Origin: Camelus ferus
Lineage: Eukaryota
NCBI RefSeq assembly: GCF_009834535.1
Contig: NC_045721.1
Coordinates: 23,622,001-23,686,000 of the forward strand
Reading direction: 5' to 3'
Length of the DNA: 64,000 bases
The position numbers were made by a program, and so were the translations under genes. Shown here piece by piece: positions 1-11,704 of the stretch; within the stretch, counting starts at the first letter, position 1; each line of letters starts with the position of its first letter. Under the pieces are notes generated by a model. That model had not been told where the DNA came from. It ran no database searches and was given only the letters and a program-made list of their open reading frames with translations.

Positions 1-879
1 GGAAAATAATTTTCAGGGTTTTTTTTTTAAGCGATAATCACTCTAAGCATTGAACACTATGCAGAAATCAGCTAGAATCTGAGTGTTTCATTCCCTGGGC
101 TGCTCATCTCTTCCTATTCTCTGTAACTAGCTCAACTGCTGTATAGATAGGTCCCAGCCACCTTGCGTTATAATCAGCCTATTGCCACTAGAAGAGTCAC
201 CTGAAATTTCAGAGGGTGAGTCACTTTCAGAGGGTGAGTCACTGACAGGTCTTGTGATGAGTGACAGTCACCCGTGAACACCCCTTCATCGCAGTGCTTC
301 CTGCTTTCTGCTCTGGTGTTGATTTCCCATCTGACCTCACTTCTCGATGATGTGTTCCCTGAGGGCAGGACCCACATTTCATTTTTCTCTGTATGTATAC
401 CCCAGAACCTGGCTCAAGTCTTGGCATTTAACAGGCATTCAGTAAATAATTACAGAATAATTGGTTAAGATAGAGCTATTTTCCATCATGCATCATGTGG
501 CATGTTTGTGTAGAAACGTGTTGTCCCTCTCAGTGCACGTGTCTTGGAATTACGTGTACAGTTTTGCTGCTGTACTGAGTATTAAGAGACTGAGTATTAA
601 GTTTTCCAGTCACAAAGGAGGTGTGTAAAAACCTGACATACAATCACCTGTGTGTAAGAATCCAAGTCACATTAAAGGCATGTTTCTTACTTTTTTGTTT
701 TAATTAGTTCTTTGCTAGTGAATCTTGTGTTTTGCATATTATGAGCACACTGTGACTTCTAGATATTTACTTTAGAAACAAAAGTTAGAGTTATAGTGAG
801 TGTAACCGAGGATCTTGTCTAATTAGTTACCTTACAGATGAGATTGAGAAAAGGAATCTGGTGGTCCAAGGTCACATAG

Positions 880-1660
880 TGACGTAGAGAAGAAGAGGAA
901 AGGGGGTGTATTGTGCACAGACGGAAGATAGTCAGTAATACTATAATGGCTTAGTATGCTGGCAGGCAGTAACTGGTGTTTTTGCGACTGCAGGGAAACA
1001 AAATTGGCCACCCCAAAGTGTCCCTTTGGCATGCGAATTATTTTGAGCTGAAAACAATCAAAAGCTGAAAATATTCAGGAAGGAACTTTGACCAACTGCC
1101 TAAAAGTATTTAGATAGAGGCCCTGTTCTGGGAATGAGCCATCACCAGAGACATCTGCAAAGAATATGGACTGAGCATGGCAGGGCAACTTGGCAAGGCC
1201 TACATTGCAGAGCTGCTCTGTGTCCTGCTGTCTCTGCCCCACCCAGCAAACATTTGTCCTCCAGATGCTTGCTTTCCTATCACCATATGCATTGCTTTCC
1301 CCACCTTGGAAGTCCCAAACCACTACCCACAACGTCCTCTTTTGTCTTTAGCTGAAGATGGTATTTAAGGTGAGGACTTTGGCCATTTTGGCGAGTTACC
1401 CAGTTTTCCTAGATCTCGTTCATGAATACATGTTATTAAACTTCTGTTTGATTTTTCTCCTGTTAATCTGTCTCGTGTCAATGTAATTCTTAGACCATTT
1501 GGAAGAGCCTAGAAGGCAGAGGAAACTTTCTTCCTCCCTGACACAGCAATCATTTCATAAAGTGTAAAAATATCAAATAACTATGTTGTATACCTGAGAC
1601 TATTTCAATAGTGTATGTTAACTATAACTCAATTAAAAAATAATCAATTAAAAAAAACAA
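880..1660 (+). mobile_element. Old L1 3'-UTR fragment (880-988 and 1544-1660) split by an LTR insertion
   Basis: Both flanks of the LTR join into a continuous L1 3' end (..gtaactggtgtttttgcgac / cagcaatcatttcataaagtgtaaaaatatcaaataactatgttgtatacctgagac..aactataactcaatt + A-rich tail), recognised from recalled L1 consensus. Confidence 0.6.
989..1543 (+). mobile_element. Solo ERV1-class LTR (MER34/MER39-like)
   Basis: Starts TG, ends CA; 5' motif ggccaccccaaagtgtccctttggcatgcgaattattttgagctga and 3' motif attaaacttctgtttg..cctagaaggcagaggaaactttcttcctccctgaca match the recalled MER34-group pattern; no exact TSD. Confidence 0.65.
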
Positions 1661-3989
1661 ATTTCTGAAGTTTCAGAATTTGGTTAAAAGCATTCATCTC
1701 CTGGAAATATAGGTGCAGGACATAGATTTAAGAACATGTTAAATGGCCTTATCCCACCACACCTGTGTACTGAGTGAGATGACTGCTGAGTCAGCGTTAA
1801 TCAGATGGGCCTTCAGCAACGCCATGTGGACACAGTTATCTTTTAAGCTTAAGCCACCAGCTTGTGTGCCCCTGAGTCAGTATCATTGGACATGGCATCA
1901 CCTTTCATCGGCAATCAGAGTCATACAAGAGAAGCAGCAGAATGAATGGAACCCAGGGTGAGACGTTCAACAAAAACCCGCACATGAAGACAAAGCCTTG
2001 ACTGACATTTAGCTCCCACTTCCACCTTGGGGGAGGCATTCACTTTTCAGGGCCTCAGTTTTTCCTCTGTAAAATAGGAAGAATGGACCGGATCATCAAG
2101 ACCTTTTTGAATCTTGTCAGTAAGTGATTTTACAGTATCTGCAGCTGCAGTAGCTCCGCTGCTCGTTGTGACAAGGATGGCTGTTCTTTTGTTGAAAAGA
2201 AGTAAGTTTGCATTTGTTTAAAAAATACTTATTCTTCCCTTAAAAAAGAGAGAAAGCATTTTCAAGTTAATTCATAGTGCTCAGCGAGTCTTACACATCA
2301 GCGCGTCACAATGGCGTGGTAGCCCACGTAACCCCAGCCCTGGGAGTGTAGCTCCAGACCAACCTGCCATTCATCCCAGGTCCCTTGTGGGGTAAGGGGG
2401 AGCGGATATATTTCACACACGTGCGGAGTGCGAGCGTGTGTGCGCACACACATACACACCCACAAGGAATGTTGCTATTCTGGGAACAGTGAAAAGTGCA
2501 GATGAAAACCTCGGATAGACAGCCTCAAACACTCTTACTGCTCATCTAACCCCTGGTTTTCCTTCTCAAGCCTGTTGCTTCCACCAGAGCCTTCAAAGCT
2601 TAAGCTTTAAGCTTTCAACCCTTGTGATACGTCTGGCTTTGTCTTTCTTTCACTCATGTTGTTTCTCTACTGGCTCTCACACGGAGACCTCTCCTCCCTC
2701 CTGGGGCCAGTGCTCTGCTGTGAGGGCTGCTTGGCTCTCCCCAGGACTGGCCAGCAGTCAGAGCAGCTGGCCTACGACTTCTTGGAAGCCAAGGGCCATC
2801 ATAATCTTACTTTCTTCGTATGTCTGCTTCCTAGTCAGGGCCTCGCATTCAGTGGACGCTTAACAGATATCTTATGAGCGGAACTGTTTTCCCACCTCCA
2901 GTCTCTCCCCACTTCAGCCTCTCCCGTCTGCTTCCTTGCGATCAGCTGGAAGCCAAGTTGGAATTGCCTCACCAACTGCCCCCACCTCGGACCCTGCCCG
3001 CCAGCAGTGAGCAGCCCTCGAAACAAAGGCTCAGGCAGGAGAGTCTGGGCTCATCAGGACTAGGCATGCCTCCCACTGGTCTTCTGTTGGAAATTTGGGG
3101 AAGTCTCTATTTGCAGACAACATAAAGCCTAGCAATTTACAGTTCCCTGAAATATCGGAGGACTGTCCGCATTCGTGCAGCTGTGTCTGCCTTCCTACTC
3201 CTTCCCAGCCCTTGAGACCCTGAATTCTCAGGCAAGGAACAGACACCGAGCTTGAAGGAGAGCAGTAAGTTGCTTATCCTCCCTTAGCCCTGCACGTCCC
3301 AGAGACACGCGTGTGTGCCGGCGCCTGTGGTCTGCACGGGCGTGCAGGACACAGAGGGGTGCAGGCCATCTTGAGCCTTGTGTTCAGGTTCTACTTTAGG
3401 AGAACAAGTGTGGGAAAAGAAGAGTCTAGCCAGGGAGCGGGGTGGAGCCTTAAGGGACAGCATCACCCTCGGGCCCAGCGGTGGTAAGGGCACTGGGCTG
3501 GGGATTTCTCAGACTCCGAGTAAGCCTTTCAAGGAGATGCCCTCACCAGTCCCTCTGCCTGGGCCCCAACAGCTTTGGCATAGCTCTTATGTCAGCATCT
3601 CGGGATAACTAACTTTTGCTGAAGGTAGAGGAGTTTTGGAGACCAGGATTTGGTAGAATAATGCCCGATTGGTGGTGGTGCCTGATTGGTGGCGGTGGTG
3701 GTCACCTAGCTCTCGAAACTGCTAGTAAACTTGCCTAGTTAGAGTCATCTTCAGTGATGGAGCAAAGAGGGTTTCAAGCACTTGAAACGCCCTTGACCTC
3801 ATGCATCTAACTGAGAGGTGCTACAGAGAACTGCTGAATCAGGTGAGTGCAGGCCTCAGCCAGACGGTCTCCCAGATGCGCAGTGAGAGCCCTCCTCAGG
3901 GCAGAGGCGGCAGAAATGTTGTGCTGGACCCCCGTGAGGTCTCAGGCCCCCTCCTCTTACCAAGGTGGCAGCCGAGTTCATTCTGTTAC

Positions 3990-4047
3990 CTGGTGGAACC
4001 TGGCTCATAAAGACGAGAATGGTGAAGAAGGGGACTGCAATCCTCAT
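3990..4047 (-). CDS. DEFB108: Beta-defensin 108, exon 1 (signal peptide); exon 2 not found in window
   Basis: 58-nt exon ATG(4047)..CCAG|gtaaca encoding MRIAVPFFTILVFMSQVPP+G, phase-1 donor, closely matching recalled human DEFB108 MRIAVLLFAIFFFMSQVLP. No six-Cys exon between 1 and 3989, so exon 2 probably lies left of the window; intactness unknown. Confidence 0.8.
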
Positions 4048-5091
4048 GGCTGGAGAACGGAGGAGGCTTGGCTTCATTTCCAGAGGCAGAGAAAGCTTCC
4101 GTCTGCGGTTCTGCAGCACCGCGGAATGCCTTGTCCGGATGTTAAGTGCCCTTCTGTACCTCATTAGGGCTATTCATGGACAGAAGTGTTCTCTGCATGC
4201 AGAGCGGCCCTCATAAGAAGGCTGAGAAGCCTTGTTTTGTTGGGCACTCAGTGCATCAGAAGGATGCGGGCGCACACCTTTGACCAGAAAGCCTTGTTAA
4301 ATGGGAACATGAGCTACGAACGCTTTGGCACCAGAACAAGGTGTACGAGCAAGGACCTGCCTATCCTGAGTTCCAGCGAGCCAGGCTGTGCTGAGAAACC
4401 GGTTGGTTTAGTTAGTGACTAGACATCTTGTCCCTGAGTGCTTCTGGGCTTTACTAGCCCTCCTCATGACTGATCACTCGCTCCTGGTCTGAAGGCTCTG
4501 CTCGCGGCACGGTACTTAGCTTACATGTCAGTTTGCTCAGCGCACACTGAAACCGCCCCAGAAGGTGTGAGCCTTGTTAAGACCGTGCTTTGTTCGTCAG
4601 CGCCGAGGAGGCAGTTGAATCATGGGGTAATTTAGTCTCACATCCTCATCCAGTAGAACCATGGCAGGGCAGTGAAATGCCTCTGAACATGGAGGAATTT
4701 AAGTTCTGAAGTCTAACTAGAGGCACAGACATCGGCAGGAAATTGTCTTCCCTGAATCTCAGTGGCGTCTGCGTAGGTTTAGATCTGTTGATTCAAGATC
4801 AGGGAACTCTCAATCGTTTTGCATAAAAACAATGGGGAGAAGTTGCTTCTGAATGCAGACACGTAGACCCACTCCAGAAAATGTTAGTTTGGTGGGATGG
4901 GATGGAGCCTGGAGGTCTACGTTTTAAACAGATTTCCCAGGTACCAGTTCTGAAATGCATTCTGGAATACTCAGTGGAAAATCTCAGCTTAGATCATCTC
5001 TAAACTTCTTTCTATCTCTAGTAGTATAGTATTCTCAGTTCTCTTGTCTGAGAGTAAATCTCGTGTTTGGCTTTTATGACTGCAACAACAT

Positions 5092-5093
<2 letters not shown>

Positions 5094-5142
<49 letters not shown>
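5094..5142. repeat. (TG)~24 microsatellite
   Basis: Perfect TG dinucleotide run. Confidence 0.98.
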
Positions 5143-5146
<4 letters not shown>

Positions 5147-5488
5147 GAGCACATGCAGCCCAGAAGGGTGAGACTTATGCCTTAATCCATGCAAAATTAG
5201 ATTCCAGTTTTATAAAGAAAATTCAGAACTGGCCAGGACAAATAACTAAATTGAGGAGCAGTCTATTTAGAAGAAGGCCGTTGCAGTAATAGAGGCTGGG
5301 TGAGGCTCCAAACTGAAACAGTGTGAGTGTAGAGAGAAGGAAGGGAAAATGTCTGAGGAACAGAGCACAGGGCCATAATGCGCATATAAAGAAAGTGGGC
5401 ACATAGGAATAATCCAACATTTGTAACCTGAGTGCCTAAGTAAATGGTGACAACACTTAGTAAGATCTGAAAGAGTGGGTGAAGTTCA

Positions 5489-5900
5489 GGTGGTGGCCAG
5501 CCTCCAAAATGGCTCTCAGGGATCGCCCATCCAGTTCCCTTCCACACGGAAGTGGGTTGACTTCTGCGACCAGTAAGATGCTGCAGACACGGCAGAGTGG
5601 GAGTTCTGAGGTCAGGTCTGAAGAGGTCCCGCAGCTTCAGTCCTGTGTGACTGGAACCCTCACTCTGGGTGAAACCAGCTTACATTTCATGCAGGTACTC
5701 AAGCAAGACTACAGAAATAAATGCCCCTGTGGGAAGGAGGCCCCCTGAGGCTTCTTATTAACAGACACATTAGCAAGCCCTTTAGAGAGAGGAGCCTCCA
5801 AGGGCTGGCGGACCCCTGGCCTTCTACTAAGTCCAGCACCAGCATTTCTGTGGCGCCCAGGGAAATGTCAACCATGTCCAGAGGTTCAAGCTTTGTAAGC
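5489..5900 (+). mobile_element. MaLR LTR (MLT1-type)
   Basis: tggtggccagcctccaaaatggctc..gaggtcagg..cactctgggtgaaaccagct..actcaagca.. follows recalled MLT1 consensus; right boundary approximate. Confidence 0.65.
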
Positions 5901-8900
5901 CATCCCTGCACATCAGTTTCAGAAAATCAGGTCCCAGGATCCCAAGGACAGAAAATTCTGCAAAGGCTCAGGAGGGTGGGGACCTCTCTCCAGCCTTCCA
6001 GGCAAGAGTGCTTCCTGGACTCACAAGTTGACCTCAAAACACGTTTTCTCTGACAAAACTCCTGAAACTGACATGTTTCCTAGAATCTTCAAAGACCCCT
6101 CTGGAGGCAGGGGCCAGCTTCTGCCAACAGAGGAGGTTCAGGGAGAGCATCCCTGCCCAGCCTCGGCCTCTGGAAGGGTTTAGAAGTGCCCTCAAGGGCC
6201 CAGCCACCACTTGTTTCGGCCTGTTGCCTGAAGCCAGCCATCCCCACCCTGCCAGACCCACCACAAAACCTCCTGAGTCGTTTCCCAGGTCCAGGAACCT
6301 CTTCTGACTGCATGTGTTATGGAAACAACAGGGCAGCCAAGAAGCAAGCACCACTCGGAGGGTTGGAGTAGTCAGATTTATTATGCCAGCGGGCTCAGAG
6401 GGGCTTCTGCTCCGAAGCTCTGAGCCCCTCCAAAACGTGTGCATGAGGTTTTATAGGATTAATTACAAGCTTGAGGTATTCGGCCAATAGGCATGGAACA
6501 GCTCTAGCAGCATCATTATCACAAAAGCAGAGGCAGGGAGGCAACAAACCGACATTCCAAGGCCAGATACGTCCCTCTGAAAATCCAGCTGGCTAGCGAA
6601 AACATGAGCAGGGAATCAGCAAACCGACACTTATTAACTTAGATTTACGAGTTATCCCAGGAGAACTCAGGTCAGTGATCCGACACTTGTTAAACTTAGA
6701 TTTACAAATAGGCCCAGCCTGGCTTTTCCTTCACACGTGGATGGCGGTGAAGAGCATCTGGGTCCTCCTGAGACTAGAGGAATTTTCTAAATCACTTCGA
6801 GGGGTCAGAACCACTGGTTCCCACTTGGAATGGCAGGAAAGGGCATCCCAGGCTCACCAGAGCTTCCTCAAAATTTTCTAAGTCAGTTTTGCACCCTGGG
6901 AGCAGCATTGCTGACAAAGGATGCTTGTTGAAGGTGTTCTGTGATGCCTGAGGTTCTGGAGATACTGTGTGTCCCCTTGAGTGTACAAGGAAGGCTCTAG
7001 CTGTTCTCAAGGGCACAGAGAGAGTGGCCAGTCGCCTGAGCAGTGGCAGAATTTTCTGAATCTTCCAGGTACTGGGAGGAACCACTGCGGCTGGCCTGTG
7101 TCGCCCCCTGCTGGCCTGGGTAGGTCATGCCCTCCAGCCGACCTAGGCAGAGATAGGAAACCTAGATGTCTGACCACGAAGGGTCTGGAAGCCCAGATGG
7201 CAGAAGGGCTAGCACTGGGGCCTCAAGTCCCAGGAAGCAGTGCTTCTGCCTGCAGCGGGGACGGATGTGGCTCTGGAGTCCTGCCTTCTGTGCAGGGAGC
7301 CAAGCTCAACTGGCCATCCGACCGAATTACTGAAAGCTGTTGGGTGTCCTGTGGCTGCCAGGACCAGAGCCCTTCAGCCTCTGCCTGGTATTCCTGTCCT
7401 CCAGGGGTTCGCATGTTTGCAACCTGAGAGCACACTTCACGGTGCCTTCCGAGGACTCTGACTGCAAACTGCCCCGATGTCAGCGCCTTGTTAACTCGCT
7501 TGGAGGGATTTATACTGCAGTCCGTGTCCTTGCTGCTACTGTATTACCACCGTCTGTTTCCTTCCTTCCTTCCTCTGTTGATATCACTATAATTATTAAA
7601 ATTACTAGTGTTTATGTTGTTTTGTAGAGAGGTGCCAGCCACCTCTTGTTCCGGTCTCGAGGGCTCAGGGAGGGAGTCCTTGGCCTGCCGGACCCATCAC
7701 AGGGCGCTCTAATCCTACTCAGGGTGGTGGGAACCGCTCTCACCCTCCCAAAAGTGATGGCCAGGTGTCTATGCAAGCATGTGCCTCCTTAGAATTTTCC
7801 ATGTCGTTGTCAATGCTTGAGGTGCAAGTGTGTCCCGAGCCCGCCTGAGTCTCTGGGACTCTTGTAAGCACCTTTAAGTGCCCTGGAAATGCTGGGACTG
7901 TGCTGAAAGGCTCGGAGGTGGTGCCTCTCCAGCCCGAGCAAGTGCAAAATGTGTCAGGTTGGTCTGGGGGCTCTTGAACCACTCGTGGTGGCCTGTGCCA
8001 CCCTCTGCTGTCCAGGGAACCACTGTGGCTGCCACCTTCCTGTAGCCCCCCTGAGACAGCCCGAGGGGGGATGCCGGACCCTCCGGATTCTGGAGGAAGA
8101 GCTGGCATGAGCGCTTCCCGGCGCCAGGGCTGAGGTCATGCTGGGGCTTCACGCAGGTGCAGGTGGGGCTCCTGCACCCTGGGTGTGGGTTGGGGGCACT
8201 GTATTCCTTGTGCGGAGACCCCCACATCACCCAGGGGCAGGACTTATGAAATCAGTAGTATCCTTTGACGTAGAATTAAGGCTTATGTCTGTATGAAACC
8301 TGAGTACCTGAGCCCAGCGTGGTACTCAGCCCAGCTGGGAATAAGCCAGCAGACTGGGCTTACTGCGTTCCCTGGGCGTGAGTTTGACAAGGGCATGTCG
8401 CTAATGCGCGTGTGTTGACAAGTGGATTCCGTATTTTTAATAAGCCATCATTCTCCCAAGTTCCTTTTTCTTCAGATACATAATCTGTGATAAGTAAAAA
8501 TATCTTCAAGGCAGAAATAAAAACCAAGTACAATATGTTTTACACAGTAGATTTTATTAGAAATGAAAGAAAATTTGGAAACAAAGCTTTAAAATAACAT
8601 TTAATGAAAAATAACAAGCAAAGCCATGGGAATATTCCCTACCATGATTTATAGCGAGAGAACCCCGCAGAGTCCACAGACCTCATGGCAGGGCAGGGCA
8701 CTGCTAAAACTCTGCAGAGCGCAGAGTGGGGCCCTTAAGCAAAGTTCAGAAAGTTCAGACATTTGCCACCAAATACAAATTACCATCATAGCTTCCTACT
8801 TACAAAATCGTTAAAACTTACTCCTTAAATTTGTCTCCATTCTTAAAATGGATTTAGACTAACAAACAACTTGACGTTCCAATTTGATAAGTACCCTTTG

Positions 8901-9099
8901 AAACAGGACTTTGATTCCGTTACGAACAATTGCAGGGTTTGCTCATGTGTGTCCCCAGGGTTCTCTGAGTTTCCATCCAGAGGTGGGGAGTCACAGATCC
9001 AAAAGGGACAGCCCGCCCCCTGTGACTTCCCCTCCTCAGGTCACCGTCACCTCCAGGCTGTCTGGGGCTGGAGGACGAGTCTTAGTTGCCAGGAGTGTC

Positions 9100-11704
9100 T
9101 CACTCCCAGTCACTATCCTCAGAGGAAGAGGAAACCTGAAGGTCATCATAGAGGACACTCAAGGAGCCAGGGGCATAGCGTCCCTCAGACTTCCTGCAGA
9201 TGGGAGGGCTCTGACCAGGAGGGCTTGGCTTCTCAGCAGGGTGGAAAGAGGGAGATGTCATGTACCTGCAGCTCCACCCACCTTTGCTTAATCTTATGAA
9301 GACCATCCTAAGAGGATAGCTTGGAACATGGTTAATGGGTGGAAGACGGGGTACAGAGCAGGCCTGGACGGTATTGGGGGGAGATCTGTTGGCTTGAGAT
9401 TGGAGGTCAGTGCTTTGCCCCTGGGCGGGTGTCTTCCTGTTGACTTGGGGTGACCCTGTTGGTCCTTGTTCAGTTGTACTGGGTGGAGAATGGAGATTCT
9501 GGAAAACCCCCAGATCTAGTCTCAGTGTGCTCCTCTGGGGAATCTGGACGAGGCTGAGTCTGGGTTTCTTTGGGGGGTTCAGACAAGCCTGGATGGAGAT
9601 CTGGGCAGATTTCTCACCTAGCATCTTGATGCTGCTTTTGGAGTCCTGGACCAAACCTCTCTTGATGGGAAACACTGACAGGCAGGTGGAATTCATGTCA
9701 TCTTTCCTGATAGGTGACCTGCTTGCTCTGTCAGGTTCCAGGACAGATTTCCTCCAGGATGTCTTGATGAGCATTGGCGTGTTTGGACACTGCAGGAGAG
9801 AAGAAAACAGAAAGACGATACGTTAGAACATCCTCACCATCCAGTCATAATTCAGATTAACCAAAACATATCTCATCAAGTTCAATTTAACAGTAAGAGA
9901 TAGATAAGGAATCAATTTAAATATGACGTGGTACTCAACCTCAGGGTGCTCACAGCAAACAAACATATAATATCACCTCGATACACTTATACATCAGATA
10001 GGAACATATACAGGTTGTAACAGTATCTCTTGTCCAGCAAATGGAAACAAGCATTTTTAAATACCCTCTTGTAGAGACTGTACACGGTTGGTGTTTTGCA
10101 GGAACTTCCATGGCTAAATGGGTTCCAATTAGTTTTGGAGGGTGGACCACAAGTTAGCGACGCCTCCTCCCACTGACAGGATTCTGCTTATTGGAAGCTC
10201 CTGATAAAACCACTGCCATTTCCCCTACTGGCATATTCTTGCCGGATATGCAAGTAAGAGTGTAAAATCAAAGAAACTGAGAGAAAATGGCATCTGAAAA
10301 GTACTCTGCGTGGCCACATTGGTTGGAAGAGTATGTGAACGATTCCCTCACACAGAAAGGGACTGAGGCAAGCCGGGGAGACGCAGGGGGGAGAAGAGTG
10401 GGACCAGGAGGGCTCACCCCCACACAGCCATAGGGCTCCGACGCTTCCTTCCCGCGCTGCTGCGGCTGGGGTCCCCGGGGAAATCGCTGGAGGGGCTTCC
10501 TCTGCTGCTCTTGTCTGCAGAGCAAACCATGTTCAGTGGCAGAAACCCACATTCCTCATCACAGTTGGGACAGACAACCCTGTGGCCCAGCCCTTTCCCA
10601 GTTTGGGGGTGACCCAGGGAGGGAACCCCGTGCCTTGTGAAGACTGCCCCCTGCCTCATCTCTGTCCTCCCCCAACTCCAAGGGTCCCGCCAGGAGGTCC
10701 TTTCTGTTCGTCTCTCCTGCTTTGTGTCTCCCTGTGCAAAGCTGCAGGTGTGCTCCACGCCCTTAGTGACCTCAGGGCGCGGAATGAACCCCTGAGTGTG
10801 GCCCCGAGGAGGCAGCTCCTTCCTCTGTCTCTCCAGGCTCTCTGTCTTTGCCTGGAGATGGCTCAGCACAGCGCAGAGGAAGAGCAGGACAGACTCCAAT
10901 GTTTTCAGCCAGAGACGGGCCACCCCCCCCACACTGCTCACCTTGGCCTTTGACCCTCCTCCCTCGCGGCCGTGCTCGAGGTCCGCGGGGTCCACAGGCC
11001 CTGCAGCTTCCGTGGCTCCAGGTTCTCTTTCCCGCGTGTGGAGCCCAGGGGCTGGGGGGCTTGGGCCCCTTGCCAGCGCTTCATGGGGCACCTGAGGCTG
11101 CTCGCTCTGTGCCCAAAGGCTCCGCAGTCCTTGCACTTCACCTGTGGGTGGAGGAGAGGACGGTCAGCACGTCCGCAGGAGTGACAGGCACATTTCAGAA
11201 GTGCACATCAGGGCTCAGGGAGCTGAGCGCCGCTTCTGGAGAAAGGACAGCGCACACACCTCCCAGGTGCCGGGACACTCACGACCCCGTGGGGCAGCCT
11301 GAGCCTTAGTTAGGGAGCATCCAAGGAGGGAGGCCTGGAGGCCTAAGTGTGAACAGAAGGGCCCAGATGGAAACTCCTGGGAAAATACAGACTCGACAGG
11401 ACATAGGTAGGAGCGGGGTGCTTCGTCCCAGGCTCCGAATGGCCCAGTCTGCCTGGGGGTGAGGCCCCGGGGCAGCTGGCTGTGGGTGGAATGGACAGGT
11501 GAGTTGTGGACCCAGAGCGGTCCAGGTCCACACCCTGTCTCTGGAGGCCGCGCCCTCCCTGCCGCCGCGCAGGTGCAGGCTTCCACTTACGCGGCAGTCC
11601 TCGCCCTGTGGCGGGGGCGGCGTCTCCTGCACCGGCTGGTACTTCTTCACTTTCTGGGCTTGAAAGGGTGTGCAAGGCCCACGCTGTGTGTGCCGACTGG
11701 CCAT
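9100..11704 (-). CDS. FAM90A: FAM90A-family protein, intact, 4 coding exons, 366 aa
   Basis: Exons 11704-11591 (114 nt), 11141-10942 (200), 10514-10418 (97), 9789-9100 (690); all introns GT-AG; total 1101 nt, open. N-terminal CCHC knuckle CKDCGAFGHRASSLRC, IQACLNPPKKPRL, PLRMVFIRL..GGW and C-terminal VLYDDLQVSSSSEDSDWE match recalled human FAM90A1. Candidate polyA signal on - strand at 8553-8558. Confidence 0.92.

Noticed and set aside
1625-1650. TAACTCAATTA as a DUX-like site
   Set aside because: Part of a generic L1 3' tail and not near a relevant promoter.
2736-3125. Exon-like open segments (QLAYDFLEAKGHHNLTFF; LEAKLELPHQLPP..) with plausible splice sites on +
   Set aside because: No recognisable protein family; they lie antisense in the DEFB108 intron, and such sites occur by chance.
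5263-5480. - strand KCC..CWIIPM stretch faintly like the DEFB109/130 tail
   Set aside because: No upstream cysteine framework, acceptor or signal exon.
6034-8230. Several 110-150 aa GC-rich ORFs (6034-6444, 6981-7427, 7740-8108, 7874-8230)
   Set aside because: No homology recognised; tested as a third FAM90A copy or PRR23D-like gene without a convincing motif.
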